A DNA stretch of 64,000 nt from a virus: the IMG/VR virus record IMGVR_UViG_3300028559_000015, positions 25,905 to 89,904 of that record; one strand, 5' to 3'. Positions 46,851 to 56,609 of this stretch are shown here, in pieces (position 1 is the stretch's first letter; each line of letters opens with the position of its first letter). Both the position numbers and the translations under genes were made by a program. The notes under the pieces are model-generated. The model had not been told where the DNA came from and did no database searches. It saw only the letters and a list, made by a program, of their open reading frames with translations.

Positions 46851-48887
46851 ATGATGAGCGATACTAGAGACCTTTACAAGCTATTCAGAGAGCTTGAGAA
46901 CCAGCACCAAGAAAATGACACTGTGCGTTTGCATGACAGTTTTGATTTGGAACTTAACGAACACTTCGTCATTGAAAGCGGCGTGGTTGGTCTAACAGAA
47001 GACGGCGTTATCATCCAGCTTGACGAAGCAGCACTAGAGTTTCTAGACTTTAATGGTATGCTCACAGAATCTTTGCAAGAAGTTGGTCTTAAAGATCATG
47101 AGCCAAGAAAAGTAGAAGGTGTGTACGGTCCGAAGTCGAAGCCTTTTACTAAGAAGTTCAATAATCTAAAAGCGATGAATAAATTTTTCGACCACCCTGA
47201 TAATGAGGGAAACTATGAAATAGAACGTATTTCAAAGGTCACCGAATCAGTTGAGCTTAACGAGATATCTGACAAAGTGCTGACCAGTTACTTGACTAAG
47301 GCCTGGCCCAAGAGAGGTGAGACTGTCCCCGATAAAAGACTGCCCTTTATGCAAAAGGCCAGGGACGCTGCTGATAGATATTGGGACAAGCAGGGAAAGG
47401 AAAATGACGCTGCTGATGTACAAAAAGTGTTGGCTAGAACCCCCAAAGTTCATGACCTAAGACATATGAGTCATGGGGAAGTCTATGATATCACGCAAAC
47501 TTCCGATGAAATTCGTGACGGCGATGTTCTTCATGTAAAGGGCGGCTCTGCCATCATGTTTAAGGCTTGGCCTACAATGGTAAAAGGCGATAGCAACTCT
47601 CTACACACCTGGGACACAGATGCAGGAAACTCATGGGACGACGAGGAAGTAAGCCACTATAAACGCGCAGTTGATATCGCTAGGTCTTTGCCAATCAATT
47701 CGGCCTCAAGCCGAAGCGGCCGCGACGTAGACGAATCAGCAATAGCAGAAGGTTCTAGTCGAGGAGTTGCAGACGCAATTCGTCATAGAATCCTACACAG
47801 TCACAAAGATGTTGTCGCTAAGTACGGTCCTGTCAGAATCATGGCAGCGATTAGAGATAGAGCAGATAACCTAAATGACTTAGAAGAAATCGGTTCAAGC
47901 GACATCAGCATTTGGACTCGTCAAGTTATCGACGATCTAGAAAAGGGTTATTATGATGACGAAGATACAGTTTCGGTCAAGCGAGATGTATCCGAATCAG
48001 CAGAAGATTCTGACATTTTTGCGAAGATTGTAAAGAGCGATGACCCCTTCCAAGTAATTTACGATGGTATCTCGGGTCACTTCGGTGAAGTGGCACGTAT
48101 CAAACTGCAAGACATCTATGATGATGTCGCTCTTGACCACGGAGATCATCCAGACGATGACTTTGAGGAGATCATTGATCGTATGATTCCTCGCATTCAT
48201 GAACTACATGACATTGGGCTTGATTACTCAGCTTCAAAAAAAGACGAGCTAGATGAAATCAAGAAACTTGCATTTGGACGAGACGCTTTAGAAGAAAATC
48301 CTATGTTGATGGCTTTGGGCAGGTCGGCGGCAGTTGGTGCCGCCCGCGAGCTTGCGGGCAATGTCGATGAAGGATGGGGTAAGAACCTTTTAGGGGCTGG
48401 TGCTGTGGTTGGTGCGCTTGCTGCTATTGCCGGTATCGATAAGATGGAAGCAGATCGGCTAATGAAGACTGAACCACAGCTAGTCACATTGACTCAGATG
48501 CGTCAAGAAGCAGAGCGAGAGGGCGACGATAGTGCTGTCGATGCGCTCGATAACCGAATCAGAGTGACACTCAATTCTATCCGTAATACGGGTCGACCTG
48601 TAATGGGTCCAGACGGTGAGCCAGTTGATCCTAGAAAATCATTGGGTGAAGCAGAATATCAAGGACGAAAGGTTACCCTCAATAAGCCGATGCAGGGCGA
48701 TGTTGCAAAGAGCAAAGTCTATGTCAAGAAGCCTGACGGTAAGGTCGTGAAAGTAAACTTCGGCGACAAGAACATGACTATCAAGAAGTCTAACCCGGCG
48801 CGCCGCAAATCATTCCGTGCAAGACACAACTGTGAAAATCCGGGACCAAAATGGAAAGCAAGGTATTGGTCATGCCGAGCCTGGTAA
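46851..48887 (+). CDS. Acidic multi-segment late protein (probable internal head polyprotein)
   Basis: GATAAATA at 46823; segments separated by LTE/LQE/LNE/IAE/LDE/LEE/VDE/LGE; basic C-terminal domain ending SFRARHNC...ARYWSC. Confidence 0.65.
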   Translation: MMSDTRDLYKLFRELENQHQENDTVRLHDSFDLELNEHFVIESGVVGLTEDGVIIQLDEAALEFLDFNGMLTESLQEVGLKDHEPRKVEGVYGPKSKPFTKKFNNLKAMNKFFDHPDNEGNYEIERISKVTESVELNEISDKVLTSYLTKAWPKRGETVPDKRLPFMQKARDAADRYWDKQGKENDAADVQKVLARTPKVHDLRHMSHGEVYDITQTSDEIRDGDVLHVKGGSAIMFKAWPTMVKGDSNSLHTWDTDAGNSWDDEEVSHYKRAVDIARSLPINSASSRSGRDVDESAIAEGSSRGVADAIRHRILHSHKDVVAKYGPVRIMAAIRDRADNLNDLEEIGSSDISIWTRQVIDDLEKGYYDDEDTVSVKRDVSESAEDSDIFAKIVKSDDPFQVIYDGISGHFGEVARIKLQDIYDDVALDHGDHPDDDFEEIIDRMIPRIHELHDIGLDYSASKKDELDEIKKLAFGRDALEENPMLMALGRSAAVGAARELAGNVDEGWGKNLLGAGAVVGALAAIAGIDKMEADRLMKTEPQLVTLTQMRQEAEREGDDSAVDALDNRIRVTLNSIRNTGRPVMGPDGEPVDPRKSLGEAEYQGRKVTLNKPMQGDVAKSKVYVKKPDGKVVKVNFGDKNMTIKKSNPARRKSFRARHNCENPGPKWKARYWSCRAW

Positions 48888-49022
48888 AAAAGTTTGTGCT
48901 TGGCACAGAGACTAAATATTTCTATGACTGAACGAGCACCGAAAGAAGCAAAGGGCGGAGTTTTTTCCAACGCCAGCATTCCTTTGCTAGTTCATCGTCT
49001 GGGAAGAATTGCAGTATAATGC

Positions 49023-49190
49023 ATGTCTGACCCGCGATACGAAGTCATTACCCAAGAAGATCCAGACTCCGGCGATCTTATTATTCCTATCCCTATTCCT
49101 CTTCTTAAGCATTTAGGCTGGAAAGAGGGCGATGACGTTCAGATTGACGTTGGGGAAGATGGACAAATCTATTTGAGGAAAGCAAACTAA
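49023..49190 (+). CDS. AbrB/MazE-type DNA-binding protein (not in ORF track)
   Basis: GDLIIPIP..LLKHLGWKEGDDV. Confidence 0.75.
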   Translation: MSDPRYEVITQEDPDSGDLIIPIPIPLLKHLGWKEGDDVQIDVGEDGQIYLRKAN

Positions 49191-49597
49191 TGAGCCTATC
49201 TACTAAATTGCCTGGCGGAGCTATCCTAGCCAGCGCAGTCGGAACACAGTCTACCTATGTACATACGTCACCTGCAGTAACCTTTACGGGTATCGATACA
49301 GCATCTACCATAACAAATGGCTGGGGGAATCTTGCGGTGTCAACCAGCTGGGCAAATTCAAATCCAGGTTCAACATTTAAAGTTGCCGTCGATGCTGAAT
49401 TTGAAGGTGAGTTAAAGATCAAAGGTGTAAATCTAACTGCAAGATTGGATGCGATTGAAGAACGTTTGGGAATCCTGCGCCTGAACAATGATCTTGAAGG
49501 TAAATGGGAGAAGCTAAAAGCACTCGGTGATGAATACCGTACGCTGGAAAAAGATATTCTTGAGAAGGAGAAGATTTGGGACTTGCTCAACAAATGA
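49190..49597 (+). CDS. Hypothetical protein
   Basis: TAATG coupling; C-terminal coiled coil. Confidence 0.7.
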   Translation: MSLSTKLPGGAILASAVGTQSTYVHTSPAVTFTGIDTASTITNGWGNLAVSTSWANSNPGSTFKVAVDAEFEGELKIKGVNLTARLDAIEERLGILRLNNDLEGKWEKLKALGDEYRTLEKDILEKEKIWDLLNK

Positions 49598-49617
49598 ACA
49601 GTTCTATAAGTTGATTT

Positions 49618-49833
49618 ATGACTAAAGAAAATACACTTAAAGTAGAAGGAGATGTGATTGACGTACTCCCAAACGCAACATTCAAAGTCAAGCTTGACAA
49701 TGATATGATTGTATTGAGTTACATATCAGGAAAGATGCGGCAGCACGAGATTCGCATTTTGATGGGCGACAAGGTTGAACTTGAGATTAGCCCATATGAC
49801 TTATCAAGAGGCAGGATAGTTAGGCGTAAGTAA
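49618..49833 (+). CDS. infA: Translation initiation factor IF-1
   Basis: [30 protein letters not shown]. Confidence 0.95.
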   Translation: MTKENTLKVEGDVIDVLPNATFKVKLDNDMIVLSYISGKMRQHEIRILMGDKVELEISPYDLSRGRIVRRK

Positions 49834-49856
49834 TAGCTGAAGTGATAAATAGTCTC

Positions 49857-50417
49857 ATGAGAGAATTTATCACGCTTCTTGAGGAAAAGTCAAAACCCCA
49901 AGACATAGAAATCATCCCACTTAACTTCACTGAGCGTGAAGTTTCTCCCGTTATGGGGGAAGACACCTTAGACTTGCACTACAATAAGCTCGCTAAGGGA
50001 TACGCACAACGCTACAATGACAAAGAAGGTGACCCTGAGTTTAACTACGCAGGGGCATTCCTACACAATATGTGGTTCCCTCAGTTCAGGGAAGTGAGAA
50101 ACAACAACAAACCAAATGGTCCTATGGTAGGATTCATCAACAAGCACTTCAGTAGCTTCGATGATTTCAAGGACGACGTAGAAGAAGTCGCTATGACGAT
50201 ACAAGGTTCCGGCTGGGTCTATCTAGCTTATGACGGTAAGATCAAGACGATCAAGAACCATGAAGTGCGTGACGACATCTTGCTGCTGATCGACTGGTGG
50301 GAACACGCTTGGGTTCTTGATTATGGGAGTGACAAGAAGAAGTATCTCAAAGAGCTTTGGAAGATCATCAACTGGAACGTGGTTTCTACCCGTTTAGGAA
50401 AATTCTGGTCGTCGTAG
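49857..50417 (+). CDS. Fe/Mn superoxide dismutase with CTS-like leader
   Basis: Ligand motifs LHYNK, FLHN, DWWEHA; GSGW; starts MREFITLLEE after GATAAATA. Confidence 0.88.
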   Translation: MREFITLLEEKSKPQDIEIIPLNFTEREVSPVMGEDTLDLHYNKLAKGYAQRYNDKEGDPEFNYAGAFLHNMWFPQFREVRNNNKPNGPMVGFINKHFSSFDDFKDDVEEVAMTIQGSGWVYLAYDGKIKTIKNHEVRDDILLLIDWWEHAWVLDYGSDKKKYLKELWKIINWNVVSTRLGKFWSS

Positions 50418-50600
50418 ATGGACACTAATGATCTAAAAAGACTTGCCGGTATTGTTGATAGTAGAGGTAAGCCTACTCATGCGGAGCCCATTGACCGTAG
50501 CAAGATCACTGCGAAACCCGGCACAGACGAATGGTTCAAAGCAATGTTCCCAGTGAACGATATGCAAATGCCAGTCGGGTTCAGAGGCCGAAAGAAATGA
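50418..50600 (+). CDS. Small late protein
   Basis: LKRLAGI motif; abuts the SOD stop. Confidence 0.6.
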   Translation: MDTNDLKRLAGIVDSRGKPTHAEPIDRSKITAKPGTDEWFKAMFPVNDMQMPVGFRGRKK

Positions 50601-50932
50601 GAGTTAAAGAACTCCTGAATGAGTCTGCTAGACTGACAGCATATCATGCCACTCCTAGAGATAATCTAGGAAGTGTATTACACAACGGATTGGTTCCAAA
50701 AAAGAGCAAGCATTATCCTAGTGCAGGTAAAAGAGTATATCTTTTTCCATCAATCGATGCCGCAAATGAAGCACTTTTGGATTGGTTAGAAGATAGATTT
50801 TCGAATGATATTCTATCATTGTTAAAGATTGACATTCGTGGATTATCTGTATTTGAGGATTTTGATGAACTTTATACTACCGATCCAATATCACCTGATA
50901 GAATTTCAGTAATAGACGAGCATTGGGGATAG
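50597..50932 (+). CDS. ADP-ribosyltransferase-fold (Tpt1/KptA-like) protein with CTS-like leader
   Basis: MRVKELLNE; AYHAT...GL.P...RVYL...E...PISP. Confidence 0.6.
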   Translation: MRVKELLNESARLTAYHATPRDNLGSVLHNGLVPKKSKHYPSAGKRVYLFPSIDAANEALLDWLEDRFSNDILSLLKIDIRGLSVFEDFDELYTTDPISPDRISVIDEHWG

Positions 50933-50933
50933 T

Positions 50934-51962
50934 ATGAGAGCCAGCGAGTTTATAACTGAATCAACTACTTCAATAGGTGATCAGATTCAATCTCAACTAG
51001 GATTGAAAGTCTTTAACCTCTACGATCAAGGAAATACCATTGTATTAGCTTCATTGGTAGTCGGTAAAGATAAGCAGGGACAGGGTTTGGGTACTAAAGC
51101 TATGACGATGCTGACTGACTATGCTGATGAGCATGGTAAACGCATCACGTTGACTCCTGGTTTACAAGATAAGATACAAGGTACTACTTCTAGGGGTAGA
51201 CTCGTTAAATTCTATAAGAAATTTGGCTTCAAAGAAAGCAAAGGTAGAGATATTGATTACGCACTAGGTGCTGGCAAGATGTATCGTGAACCTAAACTAG
51301 ACGAGATGGCTCTTCCTACCGACTGGGACCCAGCAGCACTTGGGCACGACAAGTCGTTCAAGAGTCGCTTACAATATGCCCTAGAACGTGCCCCTAAGCT
51401 CGGGGGCGGGTCTAGTAGAGTTGCACTCATCATTCCCGATCAGGGGCGTGAAACCGTGCTTAAGATCGCTAAAAACAGGAAGGGAATGGCTCAGAACCAA
51501 GCTGAAGTTGATATTCTCACTGACGGGTATGCAGGGCAGTTAGACATTGTTATACCTATGATTGACTATGACCAGCAAAATCCTCAACCCACTTGGCTTC
51601 AAACCGAAAAAGCAAACAAAGTAAGTGACGCTAAGTTAAGAAAATTACTACACTGTGACAAGACTTGGATGGGCATGATGTATTTCACAAATGCAGTCCG
51701 ATACATGATAGGTGATCGCTCACCGTATCAGCCTGACCTACCCAACATTAAAGAAAGAATGTTTCAGGCGGGTCAAACAGAACAAGATTGGGATACCTTC
51801 ATTGAATACGTAAATGAGGTTGCTACTTTGGTTAGCGCATCGGGTCTTTTAGTTGACGATTTGATGGCTGCATCCAACTGGGGAGAATATAAAGGTAGAC
51901 CAGTTGTTATCGATCTAGGATATACCGAAGCAGTTAAATCAATGTATACAAAAGGACGATGA
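50934..51962 (+). CDS. GNAT acetyltransferase fused to protein-kinase-like domain
   Basis: QGQGLGT...FYKKFGF; linker KLDE; LGGGSSR, VLKIAK, NQAE, DDL...NWG, VIDLG. Confidence 0.75.
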   Translation: MRASEFITESTTSIGDQIQSQLGLKVFNLYDQGNTIVLASLVVGKDKQGQGLGTKAMTMLTDYADEHGKRITLTPGLQDKIQGTTSRGRLVKFYKKFGFKESKGRDIDYALGAGKMYREPKLDEMALPTDWDPAALGHDKSFKSRLQYALERAPKLGGGSSRVALIIPDQGRETVLKIAKNRKGMAQNQAEVDILTDGYAGQLDIVIPMIDYDQQNPQPTWLQTEKANKVSDAKLRKLLHCDKTWMGMMYFTNAVRYMIGDRSPYQPDLPNIKERMFQAGQTEQDWDTFIEYVNEVATLVSASGLLVDDLMAASNWGEYKGRPVVIDLGYTEAVKSMYTKGR

Positions 51963-51963
51963 G

Positions 51964-52746
51964 ATGAGAGCTAGAGAGTTTATCACCGTAACCGAAAACA
52001 TTGAAATCCCTATCGGGCGGGGTCGTGCTAATACTTCTGTACCAGACATTTTATATCATAGTTTGCGTGGAAGGGCACTTAACATGTCAGGTGGAATTGA
52101 CGCATATGTACCGGGAAATCCGCAGGAATGGCGTGAACTCGGCTCTAGGTTTAGGCAACCGATACAAGGACTCGTGTATCTTAGTAACAAACCATTGGAT
52201 CAGAGTGCTTTGGCGATTGATGTACACAAACTTAATCCAAACCTACTTAGATATACCGGTCAGTCCGAAGGTTATCTAATATACGGTGACAATATTCCCG
52301 CAGATGCTATCATTGATGTTTCCAAACAAGAAATTGATGAGAACGACGAACCTGTAAGAATCAAAATCGGCGGAACTGACCCTAAAGTTAAATCCTGGAT
52401 TCAAAAAGTATATGACATGTTCCCGCAGCAATTTGGAAACAAGCATGTCATGCCTCTAGGCGGAGAAGGGGACGATCAGGAGTTTGCATTGTTTGTGCTT
52501 GTTCCTAGTTTCAGCAAGCGAGGCGCAGTAGAAGTTAAATGGATTGAAGCCTCTCCGCTCAGACAAGGGGTAGGTGGGAGAGCTATGAAGATACTGCAAG
52601 ACCTAGCACGACAAGACGGTATTGCTCTTACACTTTATCCCTGGGACAAAGGACAAGTATCTCAGGCAAAGCTCATGAAGTTTTATAAGAAACAAGGCTT
52701 CGTGCCAAGAAGCACAGGCTCTAAAAATCTGATTTGGGAACCCTAA
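51964..52746 (+). CDS. ART-like domain fused to GNAT acetyltransferase
   Basis: LYHS...GLVYLS...IPADAI; linker EIDE; RQGVGG...FYKKQGF. Confidence 0.65.
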   Translation: MRAREFITVTENIEIPIGRGRANTSVPDILYHSLRGRALNMSGGIDAYVPGNPQEWRELGSRFRQPIQGLVYLSNKPLDQSALAIDVHKLNPNLLRYTGQSEGYLIYGDNIPADAIIDVSKQEIDENDEPVRIKIGGTDPKVKSWIQKVYDMFPQQFGNKHVMPLGGEGDDQEFALFVLVPSFSKRGAVEVKWIEASPLRQGVGGRAMKILQDLARQDGIALTLYPWDKGQVSQAKLMKFYKKQGFVPRSTGSKNLIWEP

Positions 52747-52800
52747 ACCGATAAGTGATTTCAGCCCAAATTGATAAATACTATCAATAGGGACTGAGAA

Positions 52801-55800
52801 ATGAGCATAAACGGTCAACAAATAATTAACATCGGATTGCCTAATGAATCTATAGGCAGCGACTCCTTGTACACAGCCTTCAACAAGACGGAAGACAACT
52901 TTACAACCTTATTCACCTGTGCTAGCCCTTATACTAATTTTGTGGCGCTTACTGGTATCAGCGTGAATTCTAACGCTAACGCAGGTACAGTGTCTATCAC
53001 TAATACCGGCGTTACTAATATCATTGCTGGCACAAACATAACAATTAATCAAGCTAACGGAAACGTGACGATCTCGTCAACCGGTGGCGGCAACGGCGGA
53101 GGAAGCGGCACTGTTACTAGCGTAGGTCTTGCTCCGGTATCTACAAGTAGAATCGTTGTAACTAACTCACCTATCGTTTCTTCAGGGAACATCGGCATTG
53201 ACCTAGCAACAACAGGCGTTGTTCCCGGAACATACACTGCCCCTACAGTAACGTTTGATGCATACGGTAGAGTAACTTCTGCTGCTAATTCAATTAGTAG
53301 CGGTACTGTAACAAGCGTGGGAATAATCCCTGGTTCAGGCATCGGAGTTGCAAGCAGCCCGGTTACTACTGTCGGTAACATAACTGTAACAAACACGGGT
53401 GTCGTGAGATTGACTGCTGGACTCGGCATCACGCTTTCAGCACCTAACGGAATTGTTCAGATTTCTGCTGTATCTACAGGAACTGTAACTTCAGTCGGAA
53501 TCAGCAGCAGCACGTTAACCGTATCAAATAGTCCCGTTACATCATCGGGCAATATTACAGTTGAGTTGCCATCAACGATCACGCTCAGTGGAAACATCAC
53601 TGCTGCAAACGGAAATCTTGGAAATCTAGCAACAGCAAATTTCTTCTCAGGAGACGGGGGATTACTCTCCAATCTTCAAGTTCCTGCATTCTCTTATATC
53701 GCCAATGGAACTAGCAATGTAAGAGCTTTAACTAACGGAAACGTTACTGTTAGTGTTGCCGGTAATGCGAACATAGTGGTCGTCACTGGAACTGGCGCCA
53801 ACATTGCCGGCACTGCTAATATCTCAGGCAACGCAAATGTCGGGAACATCGGAGCCTCATCTGGAATCTTTACTGCAAATGTAACAGCCGGAAATGTCTA
53901 TGCTAACTCAGGTACTATTGGAGCTTCATTGCTAACAGGTACGCTAACTACTGCTGCACAACCAAATGTCACTAGTGTTGGTACGTTAGGCTCACTAACT
54001 GTAACAGGTAAAGTAACTGCTGGTCAATTACAAGGTGACGGTGGCAACATCAGTAACATTCAAGGCGGCAACGTGTCCGGTGCAGTAGCTACTGCAACTA
54101 CTGCAACTACGGCTGCAACTGTCACAACTGCGGCACAGCCAAACATCACATCTGTTGGTACGCTGACTTCGTTGACTACTTCAGGAAATACATTCTTGGC
54201 GACTTCAAGCGGTAACGTCGGCATCAACACCACGAACCCCTCCGCTGCCCTGGTAGTTGGTGGCTCTCAGGCAGGAAACGCAGGTCTAGAGGTCCTCCCC
54301 GGTTCGGGGGTAGTCCTTCAGGGCTACAACCGAAGTACAGCTGCCTACACTAGTCTGAACTTAGATGGCGCTACAATCGGGTTCCGCCCTAATGGGTCTA
54401 CTCGTTTAACTGTAGACGCATCCGGTGCTAACGTAACCGGTACCTTGGGGGTAAGTGGGAACGCTAACGTAGCAACATTGAACGTTACAGGTAGAAGTAA
54501 TCTCAACGCTGTAGGTAACGTGTATATCAGCGGAGGTTCTGCTAATCAGATTTTAAAAACTGACGGTGCAGGTAACTTAAGTTGGACTGATCCAAACGGC
54601 GGATATTATTTACATACGCAAGGGTCCGTAAACACGGTTTGGACGGTTACTCACAATCTTAACAGACAATATGTAACAGTTGAAGCAATTGACGCTAATG
54701 GTAATTCGTATACTGGTCGTTATGATTATCCGACAATTAACTATACTAACGCCAATGCGCTGACGATGACATTCACTTCTGCTGTTGCGGGATATGCTGC
54801 TGTCACTGGAGGCGGCACAAACATTAATAGCGTAAGTGTTGGTAACTCGACACCCGGCGGCGTCAACACCCAAGTACAATTTAATGACGCAGGTGTATTA
54901 GCAGGCAGTTCGGGTCTTGTATATAACAAGACTACAGGAACATTAACTGCTACCCTGTATGTCGGATCGGGTGCAAATCTAACTAATATTGCTGGCGGCA
55001 ACGTATCGGGTGCAGTTGCTACTGCAACTACGGCTGCGACAGTCACAACTAATGCACAACCAAACATCACATCTGTTGGTACATTGGCTAATCTCAGCGT
55101 CTCCGGCAATGTAAGTTTCACTGGATCCAATGTATCATTGGGTTCCAACGCAAATATAAGAATTACAGGTGGTTCGTCTGGGCAAGTCTTATCTACTGAT
55201 GGTTCCGGAAATCTAAGCTGGGTTCCTACCGGAACAGCTACAACTGCCGCGACAGTCACAACTAATGCACAACCAAACATCACATCTGTTGGTACACTAA
55301 CATCATTAAGTGTGACGGGCAACATAAGCGGGGCTAATCTAACAGGTAATCATTTCGGTAGTGGGGCATCATTATCAAGTATCACCGGAGCCAATGTTAC
55401 TGGTACTGTCCCTACTGCAAACAACTCTGCATTCTTAGGTGGAACAGCAGCAGCTAGTTATCTGCTAGTAACTGGTACTGGTAGTTCACTGACTGCAATT
55501 GCAGGTGCTAATGTTACTGGTACAGTGTCACAAGCAACGACTGTCATGGGTGCAACTCAAAACAACATTACAACGTTGGGAGCATTGACTACATTAAGCA
55601 CCGGCGCAAACACGACAGCAGGCACGATCACAGGCAATTGGTCGCTCTCTGCTGGTTCAAGATTGGTTGCTACTTACGCTGACTTAGCAGAATACTATCA
55701 AGCCGACGCAGAATACGAGCCGGGAACTGTTCTCATGTTTGGCGGTGACAGCGAAGTTACCCTTGCGGAAGATGCAACGACTAGAGTTGCAGGCGTAGTA

Positions 55801-56043
55801 TCAACAAACCCTGCGTATGCGATGAATTCTGGTTGCCCTGATATCGCAGTAGCAATTGCGCTGCAAGGTCGAGTGCCTTGTAAAGTTCAGGGTATTGTTA
55901 GAAAAGGTGACATGATGATCAGCGCAGGCAGTGGCTACGCAGTAGCTTGTGGCGAGCCTCGTTTAGGCCAAGTCATCGGTAAAGCATTAGAAAACTTTGA
56001 TCTCAATGCCGGCGTGATTGAAATCGTAGTCGGCAGATTATAA
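52801..56043 (+). CDS. Tail fibre protein
   Basis: G/T/S/N-rich; GTVTSV and AQPNITSVGTL repeats; C-terminal ADLAEYY autocleavage/chaperone-like domain; GATAAATA at 52773. Confidence 0.85.
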   Translation: MSINGQQIINIGLPNESIGSDSLYTAFNKTEDNFTTLFTCASPYTNFVALTGISVNSNANAGTVSITNTGVTNIIAGTNITINQANGNVTISSTGGGNGGGSGTVTSVGLAPVSTSRIVVTNSPIVSSGNIGIDLATTGVVPGTYTAPTVTFDAYGRVTSAANSISSGTVTSVGIIPGSGIGVASSPVTTVGNITVTNTGVVRLTAGLGITLSAPNGIVQISAVSTGTVTSVGISSSTLTVSNSPVTSSGNITVELPSTITLSGNITAANGNLGNLATANFFSGDGGLLSNLQVPAFSYIANGTSNVRALTNGNVTVSVAGNANIVVVTGTGANIAGTANISGNANVGNIGASSGIFTANVTAGNVYANSGTIGASLLTGTLTTAAQPNVTSVGTLGSLTVTGKVTAGQLQGDGGNISNIQGGNVSGAVATATTATTAATVTTAAQPNITSVGTLTSLTTSGNTFLATSSGNVGINTTNPSAALVVGGSQAGNAGLEVLPGSGVVLQGYNRSTAAYTSLNLDGATIGFRPNGSTRLTVDASGANVTGTLGVSGNANVATLNVTGRSNLNAVGNVYISGGSANQILKTDGAGNLSWTDPNGGYYLHTQGSVNTVWTVTHNLNRQYVTVEAIDANGNSYTGRYDYPTINYTNANALTMTFTSAVAGYAAVTGGGTNINSVSVGNSTPGGVNTQVQFNDAGVLAGSSGLVYNKTTGTLTATLYVGSGANLTNIAGGNVSGAVATATTAATVTTNAQPNITSVGTLANLSVSGNVSFTGSNVSLGSNANIRITGGSSGQVLSTDGSGNLSWVPTGTATTAATVTTNAQPNITSVGTLTSLSVTGNISGANLTGNHFGSGASLSSITGANVTGTVPTANNSAFLGGTAAASYLLVTGTGSSLTAIAGANVTGTVSQATTVMGATQNNITTLGALTTLSTGANTTAGTITGNWSLSAGSRLVATYADLAEYYQADAEYEPGTVLMFGGDSEVTLAEDATTRVAGVVSTNPAYAMNSGCPDIAVAIALQGRVPCKVQGIVRKGDMMISAGSGYAVACGEPRLGQVIGKALENFDLNAGVIEIVVGRL

Positions 56044-56062
56044 ACATTATAGGATTTCAAGA

Positions 56063-56536
56063 ATGATTGATAACATTAAGATTACGAGTTTAACTAACAT
56101 AGGTGCAAATCTATCCTACACATCTATCGTGCCTGTAGTAGATGTGACAGCAAATGTCACCTATAAAGCAAACTTACAGATCATCGGTAATCTTATCCTA
56201 AGCGGGGCAGGGGGTTTAAACTTTGTTCAAGCTGCCCAAGCTAACCTTGCTCAAGCAGTAGTCAACTCTGCACAACCAAACATCACGAGTGTAGGTACAC
56301 TAATCTCACTTGCAGTAACAGGCAACATAAGCGGCGCCAATGTAGTTACTGCGACTACATTCAGGAGCACAGTAGTTGAATTTTCTGCTCTACCAGCAAT
56401 AACACCAGTAGGACAACGAGCGTTCATCAATAACGCAAACTTAGTAGCAGCCGATAATTTTGGCGCAATAGTGGGCGGCGGCGGCTCTAATACTGTACCG
56501 ATCTGGAGCGATGGCACCAATTGGCGCATTGGTTAA
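56063..56536 (+). CDS. Short tail-fibre-related protein
   Basis: One AQPNITSVGTL repeat; ends SDGTNWRIG. Confidence 0.7.
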   Translation: MIDNIKITSLTNIGANLSYTSIVPVVDVTANVTYKANLQIIGNLILSGAGGLNFVQAAQANLAQAVVNSAQPNITSVGTLISLAVTGNISGANVVTATTFRSTVVEFSALPAITPVGQRAFINNANLVAADNFGAIVGGGGSNTVPIWSDGTNWRIG

Positions 56537-56609
56537 TCGATGAACCAAAAATACTATATAATAGATTCACACTTAATAAGATAAATAGAATTAAACAAGG
56601 AGAAATATC

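Noticed and set aside
53950-56300. DNA repeats in tail fibre genes as a DGR or invertible system
   Set aside because: Repeats encode the AQPNITSVGTL structural unit; no adenine-specific variation, reverse transcriptase or invertase in the window
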